A DNA stretch of 64,000 bases from an uncultured Candidatus Rokubacteria bacterium (lineage in GTDB: Bacteria; Methylomirabilota; Methylomirabilia; Rokubacteriales; CSP1-6): NCBI GenBank assembly GCA_963789955.1, contig CAWBMV010000006.1:256001-320000 (forward strand), read 5' to 3'. Below the pieces are notes generated by a model, which was not told where the DNA came from, made no database searches, and saw nothing but the letters and a program-made list of their open reading frames with translations. Made by a program: the position numbers and the translations under genes. Shown here one piece after another: positions 63,059 through 64,000 of this stretch; position 1 is the first letter of the stretch; every line of letters starts with the position of its first letter.

Positions 63059-63933
63059 GCGGGGCCGCCGCGACCGAGACCGCGCTCCTCCAGCGACGAG
63101 CCGGCGAGCGGCGCTGGCCGCCCATCGTGCCGCTCGCGGTCGTCGTCGCGCTCGTGCTCTGCGCGCTCCTGGCGCCGGTGCTGGCGCCGCACTCGCCGGT
63201 CGAGGGCTCGCTCGGCGACCGGCTGGCGTCACCGATCGGGCTCGAGGGCTCCAAGCCCGGCCACCTGCTCGGCACCGATCGCCACGGCCGCGACACCTTG
63301 AGCCGGCTGCTCTACGGCGCGAGGATCTCGCTGGCCGTCTCGGTCGTCGGCATCACGTTGACGGGCGCGGCGGGCAGCCTCATCGGCCTCCTGGCCGGCT
63401 TCTTCGGCGGCTGGGTCGACACCGTGCTGATGCGGCTGGCCGACATCTCGCTGTCGCTCCCGGGCATTCTCATCGCGGTGCTGCTGTCGGTCGTCTTCGA
63501 GCCGTCGTTCACGAACGTGATCATCGTGGTCGTGTTCCTGCTATGGCCGAGCTACGCGCGGCTCACACGGGGCGAGACGCTCGGTATCAAGCAGCAGGAG
63601 TTCGTGTCGCTGGCGCGGATCGCCGGCTGCTCGAACACGAGGATCATGTTCCGTCACATCCTGCCGAACCTCGCGCCGTCGATCCTGGTGCTCGCCACCT
63701 TGCACGTCGGCTACGTCATCGTGCTCGAGGCCGCGCTCTCCTTCCTGGGCGTCGGCATTCCGCCGCCGACTCCATCGTGGGGCGTGATGGTCGCCGACGG
63801 CCGGGGATTGATCGAGCAGGCCTGGTGGGTCTCGATCCTGCCGGGCATCGCGATCCTCGTGACGGTGCTCTCCCTGAACATCCTCGGCGATTGGGTGCGC
63901 GACCGTCTCGATCCCAAGCTTCGGCAGGTCTGA
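63055..63933 (+). CDS. Peptide/nickel ABC permease (DppC-like)
   Basis: LGTDRHGRD, ALSFLGVG.PPPTPSWG, GDWVRDRLDP. Confidence 0.92.
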   Translation: MSGAAATETALLQRRAGERRWPPIVPLAVVVALVLCALLAPVLAPHSPVEGSLGDRLASPIGLEGSKPGHLLGTDRHGRDTLSRLLYGARISLAVSVVGITLTGAAGSLIGLLAGFFGGWVDTVLMRLADISLSLPGILIAVLLSVVFEPSFTNVIIVVVFLLWPSYARLTRGETLGIKQQEFVSLARIAGCSNTRIMFRHILPNLAPSILVLATLHVGYVIVLEAALSFLGVGIPPPTPSWGVMVADGRGLIEQAWWVSILPGIAILVTVLSLNILGDWVRDRLDPKLRQV

Positions 63934-63940
63934 GCCGGCC

Positions 63941-64000
63941 ATGGCCGACGCGCTCCTGGAGGTGCGGGACCTCCGCACGTACATCTACACACGCCGCGGC
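63941..64000 (+). CDS. Peptide ABC ATPase (DppD-like), runs off window
   Basis: MADALLEVRDLRTYIYTRRG, typical OppD/DppD N-terminus after two permeases. Confidence 0.7.
   Translation, partial: MADALLEVRDLRTYIYTRRG

Noticed and set aside
60410..63232. Long antisense ORFs (this 940-aa one, also 22810..24783, 41536..43140 and others)
   Set aside because: Shadow frames expected in high-GC coding DNA; no motifs, except the DUF1992 part at 22810..23226

Overview
High-GC (roughly 70% by eye) bacterial chromosomal window, densely coding and dominated by transport and catabolic genes. The content (six family-5 ABC substrate-binding proteins, two LLM oxidoreductases, three MetE-II-like proteins, two ThDP enzymes) resembles Ca. 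Rokubacteria/Methylomirabilota; this is inference only, as no marker gene is present. About 22 genes are split by small indels, most likely uncorrected long-read errors. Order: tsaB-rimI; YceI, diheme cytochrome c and cytochrome c'; FadF/HdrD-like membrane Fe-S protein; sigma54-type stress locus; CnbZ-like gene and a LIV-type ABC catabolic cluster; secreted CxxCH protein with a LytS/LytTR pair; HtrA-like protease; peptide/nickel ABC systems interleaved with LLM, MetE-II, ThDP and enolase-superfamily enzymes; Sfp-type PPTase; bfd-bfr; cupredoxin-FTR1; duplicated Tat-exported binding proteins. I saw no rRNA, tRNA, CRISPR array, transposase or integrase. Most notable: a contracted CxCH heme motif, a helical protein ending in CxxCH next to LytS/LytTR, a three-copy ~58-bp intergenic element, a candidate shared iron box, CxxC-bearing binding-protein paralogs, and several gene remnants.
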